A stretch of DNA of 64,000 nucleotides from an uncultured Ignavibacteriales bacterium (GTDB lineage Bacteria; Zixibacteria; MSB-5A5; GN15; FEB-12): assembly GCA_964464605.1 (NCBI GenBank), contig CAYXJN010000003.1, forward strand, positions 62,001-126,000. Direction: 5' to 3'. Made by a program: the position numbers and the translations under genes. Under the pieces are notes generated by a model that was given only the letters and a program-made list of their open reading frames with translations, did not search any database and was not told the origin of the DNA. This document shows, piece by piece, positions 58,669 to 64,000 of this stretch. How positions within the stretch are numbered: position 1 is the first letter of the stretch; each line of letters opens with the position of its first letter.

Positions 58669-59850
58669 ATGCCGTTTTATCATCGTTTAGGCGAAATGCC
58701 GCGGGTGAAGCATACCACCTTCTACAAGAAGGATGGGCAGTCCCTCTACCGCGAAGAATTGTTCTCCAGCAAAGGTTTTTCCGGAGTCTATTCAAATAAA
58801 TACTGGATTCATCCCCCGACTCAGGTGCTCAGTGCTAAAGAAATCGGCAATGCGCCGAATGTCGACTGGCCCGATGCGCCAGTGCTGTATTTCCATTTTT
58901 TCACCGATGAATTGAAATCCGGTGGTAACTTTATCAACGGCCGCAATACCTTCTTGCGTAACCCGCACTGTGTTATTGCAACAGCTATCGTGACGGAAGA
59001 TACACCTGATTTTTATCGCAATGCCTATGGCAGCGAATATGTGTTCGTGCATCATGGTACCGGCACATTCATGAGTGAGTTCGGCCACATTCCGTTCGAG
59101 CCGGGTGACCAGTTTATTATTCCCCGTGCGGTCACTTATCAATTCAAATTTGATGACTACAAGAGCCGCAATAAGCTGGTGTTCGTTGAATCTGACACTG
59201 CCTACGAAATTCCCGCCCGCTACCGTAACGAATACGGTCAGCTTGAGGAACACGCGCCGTATTGCGAACGTGATCTGAAAGTTCCGCAGGAGCTTCGTCC
59301 GCATGAAGAACATGGCGAGTTCCGGGTAATTGTCAAAGCCGGCAGCAAGCTGTTCGAGCATATCGTCCCGAATCACCCCTACGGCGTGGTCGGTTGGGAT
59401 GGATTCTTATATCCGTTTGCGCTGAATATTCGGGATTATCATCCGAAAGTCGGGCGTATTCACCTTCCGCCGCCGACGCACCTGTGCTTCAAGACGGCGC
59501 ATTTTATTATCTGTAATTTCGTGCCGCGTCCGTACGACTTTTATCCGACCGCTATTCCGGCTCCGTACTATCACTCCAATATCGACAGTGATGAAGTGCT
59601 GTACTACGTCGAAGGGGACTTTATGTCCCGTACCGGCGTGAAAGAAGGTTCGATTACCCTGCATCCGGGCGGCATGCCCCACGGTCCGCAGCCGGGACGC
59701 ACCGAGGCCTCTATCGGCGCCAAAGAGACGAATGAATTCGCCCTAATGATCGACACCTATGCCCCGCTGCGTCCGACTATCAACGTCCAGAAGACATTGG
59801 ATAAAGGATACGCGCAGTCATGGCTCGACAAAGAAATGGTTCGCGTTTAA
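58669..59850 (+). CDS. hmgA: Homogentisate 1,2-dioxygenase
   Basis: VVGWDG, IHLPPPTH, FVPR, PYYHSNIDSDEVLYY, TLHPGGMPHGPQPG. Confidence 0.95.
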   Translation: MPFYHRLGEMPRVKHTTFYKKDGQSLYREELFSSKGFSGVYSNKYWIHPPTQVLSAKEIGNAPNVDWPDAPVLYFHFFTDELKSGGNFINGRNTFLRNPHCVIATAIVTEDTPDFYRNAYGSEYVFVHHGTGTFMSEFGHIPFEPGDQFIIPRAVTYQFKFDDYKSRNKLVFVESDTAYEIPARYRNEYGQLEEHAPYCERDLKVPQELRPHEEHGEFRVIVKAGSKLFEHIVPNHPYGVVGWDGFLYPFALNIRDYHPKVGRIHLPPPTHLCFKTAHFIICNFVPRPYDFYPTAIPAPYYHSNIDSDEVLYYVEGDFMSRTGVKEGSITLHPGGMPHGPQPGRTEASIGAKETNEFALMIDTYAPLRPTINVQKTLDKGYAQSWLDKEMVRV

Positions 59851-61007
59851 TGACTGATAGGCCCCAAAAACCGGTGAAGGCTCCGGGGTATATTGAAAAC
59901 CTCGTTCCCTACAAAGCTGGCAAACCGATTTCGGAACTCAAGCGGGAAAAAGGACTGAAAGATGTCGTCAAACTCGCTTCGAACGAAAATCCGTTTGGGC
60001 CGTCGCCAAAGGCAACAGCGGCGATGCAAGATGCCTTGAGCAATTTGCATCGCTACGTCAACCCCTCCGCACCGGAATTGGTCGAAGCAATCGCCAACAA
60101 GTACGGCAAAAAGCGCTCGGAAGTTATAACCGGCGCCGGTACCGATTCCTTGTTAGCAGACATTATTATCGCGTTTTCGGAAGCTGACGATGAAGTGCTG
60201 ACTTCGGAGGGCACCTTTATCGGTATTTATGTCAGCGCGAACAAACTCGGCCGAAAATTGGTCACGGTTCCACTGAATCATTACCGGTTTGATTTGGATG
60301 CGCTTGCCAATGCGATCACCGACCGAACCCGTATTATCTTTTTAGCCAACCCGAACAACCCGACCGGCACAATGTTCACCAAAACGCAGTTTGAGCAATT
60401 CATGGCCAAAGTGCCGGGGAATGTGGTAGTTATCCTTGATGAAGCGTATTTCGAATACGCGCAGTGGCATCCGGATTATCCGAATGGACTCACTTACGAT
60501 TACCCGAACCTGCTCGTCACGCGCACACTTTCCAAAGCATACGGCCTCGCCGGAGTACGACTTGGTATTGCGCTCGGAAACGAAAAACTGATTAGTTATC
60601 TCTATCGCGTCAAACTCCCTTTTGAACCGAACGGGATGGCGCAAGCCGCCGGAGTTGCCGCGCTTGATGACGATGCGTTCGTTACAAAAACGCTCAAGCA
60701 GAATGAAAAGTCGCTGCAGAAGATGACCGATCATTTTCGGATGATGGGAATCCCGCAGATTGACACGGTCGCAAATTTCGTGTTGTTATTGTTTCCTTCA
60801 ACCGAATTTGCGAAAGCATTTTACGAAGAATGTCTCAATCGCGGATTGATTGTCCGCCATGTCGATACGTTTAAGATTCCCAACGGTATCCGCATCAATT
60901 CCGGGACCGATAAAGAGACCGATTTTGCCTTGCAGGTAATCGATGATGTATACATGCTTTTATGCAAACGATTCAATATCGAATTAGCAGGAACAGCCGC
61001 ACGATAA
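59850..61007 (+). CDS. hisC: HisC-family aminotransferase (likely aromatic amino-acid aminotransferase in this context)
   Basis: KLASNENPFGPS, ANPNNPTG, LDEAY, RTLSKAYGLAGVRLG; ATG overlaps the hmgA stop. Confidence 0.88.
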   Translation: MTDRPQKPVKAPGYIENLVPYKAGKPISELKREKGLKDVVKLASNENPFGPSPKATAAMQDALSNLHRYVNPSAPELVEAIANKYGKKRSEVITGAGTDSLLADIIIAFSEADDEVLTSEGTFIGIYVSANKLGRKLVTVPLNHYRFDLDALANAITDRTRIIFLANPNNPTGTMFTKTQFEQFMAKVPGNVVVILDEAYFEYAQWHPDYPNGLTYDYPNLLVTRTLSKAYGLAGVRLGIALGNEKLISYLYRVKLPFEPNGMAQAAGVAALDDDAFVTKTLKQNEKSLQKMTDHFRMMGIPQIDTVANFVLLLFPSTEFAKAFYEECLNRGLIVRHVDTFKIPNGIRINSGTDKETDFALQVIDDVYMLLCKRFNIELAGTAAR

Positions 61008-61008
61008 C

Positions 61009-62040
61009 ATGAAATTAGTATCATTTCGAAATCAAACCGGTGAAGAGCGAATCGGACTCTATCTGCCGAATGGCACACTCGATTTAGCCAAGACCGCATC
61101 ACAGATAAACAAATCACTCCCTTCCACTATCCTGCCGTTTTTGGAACAGGAACGGAATATGGATATCGCCCGCGAAATCGAGCGGAAAATTCACGATGGC
61201 TCGCTCGCGGCACAATTCGAAAGTAAAGCTACGCCGCTGGCTCCGGTGCCTAAACCACCCTCATGTCGGGATGGGTACGCGTTCCGCCAGCATGTCGCTA
61301 CTGCGCGCCGCAACCGGGGAGTGGAAATGATTCCGGAGTTTGATGAGTTTCCGGTCTTTTACTTCACCAATCATCTCGCGATTTTCGGTGAAGGGGATAT
61401 CGTTGTCGAGCAGGATCATCTTGATAAACTCGATTTCGAATTGGAAGCGGCGATTGTCATCGGTAAACGGGGAAAAAATATTGCGTCGTCCGAAGCGGAT
61501 CAGTATATCGCCGGCTATACGATTATGAATGATTTCTCTGCCCGTACCTTGCAAATGGATGAAATGAAATTGAGCCTTGGGCCGGCTAAAGGAAAAGATT
61601 TCGCCACTTCGATCGGTCCCTGGTTAGTCACGCCGGATGAACTCGAACAGTTCAAAGTCAATTCGCAGTTCGGCGCGAAGCATTACCTTCGCATGCGCGC
61701 CTGGCATAACGGCAAACAGATTTCTGACGGTGATATGGGTGACATGAACTGGACCTTCGCCGAAATAATCGAACGGGCATCATATGGCGTTGAATTGCAG
61801 CCCGGCGACGTTATCGGTTCCGGCACGGTCGGCACCGGCTGCTATTTGGAACTGAACGGCACGGCTTCGCTCGAAGCAAAAGCGAAAGGGCAAGTCTATA
61901 CGCCGGTCTGGCTGAAAGATGGGGATGAAATCAAACTCGATATTGCCGGACTCGGTACGCTTACCAACCGCATCGTAAAGGCTTCCGGCAATCGCAGCAT
62001 TCTTGCCAAGAAAAAACAGGCTGTGGCGACACCGGCATAA
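61009..62040 (+). CDS. fahA: Fumarylacetoacetate hydrolase family protein
   Basis: RDGYAFRQHV, PVFYF, LDFELE, NDFSAR, AKGKDF, PGDVIGSGTVGTGC. Confidence 0.88.
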   Translation: MKLVSFRNQTGEERIGLYLPNGTLDLAKTASQINKSLPSTILPFLEQERNMDIAREIERKIHDGSLAAQFESKATPLAPVPKPPSCRDGYAFRQHVATARRNRGVEMIPEFDEFPVFYFTNHLAIFGEGDIVVEQDHLDKLDFELEAAIVIGKRGKNIASSEADQYIAGYTIMNDFSARTLQMDEMKLSLGPAKGKDFATSIGPWLVTPDELEQFKVNSQFGAKHYLRMRAWHNGKQISDGDMGDMNWTFAEIIERASYGVELQPGDVIGSGTVGTGCYLELNGTASLEAKAKGQVYTPVWLKDGDEIKLDIAGLGTLTNRIVKASGNRSILAKKKQAVATPA

Positions 62041-62052
62041 GCACATTTTGCA

Positions 62053-63018
62053 ATGCTTCATCTCGACCCCAAAGAACTTCCTGTCCAACGTATTCAATCG
62101 CTCATGCTCGGCGGCGTTTCTCCGCGACCGATAGCGTTGGTATCGACGATTTCAGCCGATGGCGCCCCGAACCTCTCCCCATTCTCTTGGTTCAACTGTT
62201 TCGGTTCAAATCCGCCGACGGTTGCGTTTTCACCATCACGCCGTATTCGTGACGGCAGCCTAAAACATACCTACCACAACCTGATGGCGACCAAAGAATG
62301 CGTTATCCAGAGCGTGACGTATCCGATGGTACAGCAGGTATCACTCGCTTCCACGGAATACGCTGAAAGCGTGGATGAGTTTGTTAAATCAGGCTTAACT
62401 AAGATCCCCTCCGACATCGTCAAACCGTTTCGCGTTGCCGAATCCCCGTTTCAGATGGAATGTGTGCTGAAGCAGATGATTCATCTCGGGGATGGCCCCG
62501 GCTCCGGTAATCTGGCAATTTGCGAAGTTATCCGTTACCATATCGCTGAAGATATTTTCGAAAACAATATTATTATCCCCGACAAAATCGATCTGGTCGC
62601 CCGCAACAGCGCTGATTACTACACCCGCGCCAGCGGCAATGCGATTTTTGCCGTCGAAAAACCGGTAACCCGCACCGGAATCGGGTTTGACCAATTGCCG
62701 AAATTTATTTTCAGCTCGCATATTCTTACAGCCAACAACCTGGCACAATTGGCCAATACCGAACAGATACCTACCCAGGATGAGGTTCGCAGCTTTATCA
62801 ACGCCCTTGAACCGGTCGAGTACAATGCGCAGGCATTCGAGCGAGCCGAAAGACAGAAGAACTACCAACAGATGTTAACCATCTCCTTAGGTGCGGTGAA
62901 AACAAATCATGATGACGCTACACATTGTCTCGAACGAGTAGCTAAAACTGCTCTCGACAAAAACGATGCCCTGTTTGGCTTCAAAACACTGTTGTTCGCT
63001 GAATCAGTAACGCACTAA
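62053..63018 (+). CDS. Flavin-reductase-like (FMN split-barrel) protein
   Basis: PRPIALVST, NLSPFSWFN, KHT..N, PFRVAESP..MEC. Confidence 0.88.
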   Translation: MLHLDPKELPVQRIQSLMLGGVSPRPIALVSTISADGAPNLSPFSWFNCFGSNPPTVAFSPSRRIRDGSLKHTYHNLMATKECVIQSVTYPMVQQVSLASTEYAESVDEFVKSGLTKIPSDIVKPFRVAESPFQMECVLKQMIHLGDGPGSGNLAICEVIRYHIAEDIFENNIIIPDKIDLVARNSADYYTRASGNAIFAVEKPVTRTGIGFDQLPKFIFSSHILTANNLAQLANTEQIPTQDEVRSFINALEPVEYNAQAFERAERQKNYQQMLTISLGAVKTNHDDATHCLERVAKTALDKNDALFGFKTLLFAESVTH

Positions 63019-63022
63019 TCCG

Positions 63023-64000
63023 ATGTCTGAACCGCTCTGGATACCGTCACGTCAACGGATTCAAAAATCCCGCATGTATCAGTTTCTGAAAAAGCGGGAG
63101 GCGGCAACCTATCTTTCATTTCCTGATTATCACGCGCTCTACAATTGGTCGATTGCAAACATCGATTCATTCTGGGAAGCAATCTGGGACGAAGCCGAAA
63201 TTATCCACTCACAAAAATATACATCTGTCCGTACCGGAGCAGAAATGCTCGATACCAAATGGTTCACGGGCGCAAAACTGAATTTTGCAGAAAATCTTCT
63301 GCGCTATCGTGACAACCAAACCGCGCTGATCGGTTACGCCGAAGACAGCGAAACAATTCGCATCAGTTATGCTGAGTTGTTTGCACAGGTAGCATCGCTG
63401 GCCGCTTATTTTCGCTCCATCGCCGTAAAACCGGGAGATAGAATCGCCGGGTATATGCCGAATATTCCGGAAACAGTGATTGCGATGCTGGCCACCACGG
63501 CTATCGGCGCTATATGGTCCTCCTGCTCCCCCGACTTTGGTATTCAGGGAGTGCTCGACCGATTCGGACAGATTACTCCGAAAGTATTGATCACCGCACA
63601 CGGAAACCGGTATGCCGGAAAAGAGATCGATACCTACGAACGAGCGCTATTGGTGGCAAATCAGATTCCGGAAATCGAGCAGATCATAGTCGTCACTCGC
63701 TTAAAAGAAATTACCAACAAGTCATTACCGGCAAACGTGACACTCTGGAATACCGCGTTATCACAAAAAACAAATGAACTCGATTTCTATCAGGCACCGT
63801 TTGATTATCCGCTCTATATCATGTACTCCTCCGGCACAACGGGTAAACCGAAATGTATGGTCCATGGCACGGGTGGAACATTGCTGCAGCACTTTAAAGA
63901 ACTCGCTTTGCATACTGATTTACGACGTGATGATGTCATTTTCTATTACACCACTTGCGGATGGATGATGTGGAACTGGCTGATCTCTTCTCTGTCAATC
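63023..64000 (+). CDS. Acetoacetate-CoA ligase (3'-truncated; absent from the ORF track)
   Basis: Translated from ATG 63023: MSEPLWIPS..DYHALYNWS..WFTGAKLNFAENLL..WSSCSPDFG..PLYIMYSSGTTGKPKCMVH..YYTTCGWMMWNWL. Confidence 0.92.
   Translation, partial: MSEPLWIPSRQRIQKSRMYQFLKKREAATYLSFPDYHALYNWSIANIDSFWEAIWDEAEIIHSQKYTSVRTGAEMLDTKWFTGAKLNFAENLLRYRDNQTALIGYAEDSETIRISYAELFAQVASLAAYFRSIAVKPGDRIAGYMPNIPETVIAMLATTAIGAIWSSCSPDFGIQGVLDRFGQITPKVLITAHGNRYAGKEIDTYERALLVANQIPEIEQIIVVTRLKEITNKSLPANVTLWNTALSQKTNELDFYQAPFDYPLYIMYSSGTTGKPKCMVHGTGGTLLQHFKELALHTDLRRDDVIFYYTTCGWMMWNWLISSLSI

Overview
Bacterial chromosomal window, most likely from an FCB-related lineage such as candidate division Zixibacteria. 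This is inferred from the C-terminal 'CC..RGD.N' dockerin-like domain, the 'QNYPNPFNP' T9SS/FlgD-type C-terminal domains and a PorV-like gene. Left to right: (1) the 3' part of a large SBBP/TSP3/FG-GAP/dockerin surface protein; (2) a TonB-dependent receptor + T9SS-CTD protein + PorV-family operon; (3) two Cys-rich ORFs, the first resembling a metal-sensing RxPP leader peptide, joined by a long RNA stem; (4) a pseudaminic-acid-like glycan operon (pseB, pseC, AKR, SpsF, class-III aminotransferase, pseG, flippase, acyltransferase, KpsS-like) lacking pseI/pseH; (5) housekeeping tilS-hpt-ftsH-folP-cdaA-lepA-csaA; (6) a large BACON/cohesin T9SS surface protein, a partner gene and a PP2C phosphatase; (7) tRNA-Arg(ACG) and tRNA-Ser(TGA), flanked and followed by a patchwork of small accessory genes including a stand-alone SIR2-like gene; (8) the most striking locus: three tandem, exactly 262-bp-periodic genes for secreted 8-Cys mini-proteins with a variable C-terminal loop, followed by a membrane-anchored CPPC redoxin; (9) a tyrosine catabolic operon hppD-hmgA-hisC-fahA-flavin reductase-acetoacetate CoA ligase (truncated). 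I found no integrase, transposase, rRNA or CRISPR array. All family calls come from motif recognition by eye, not database searches.
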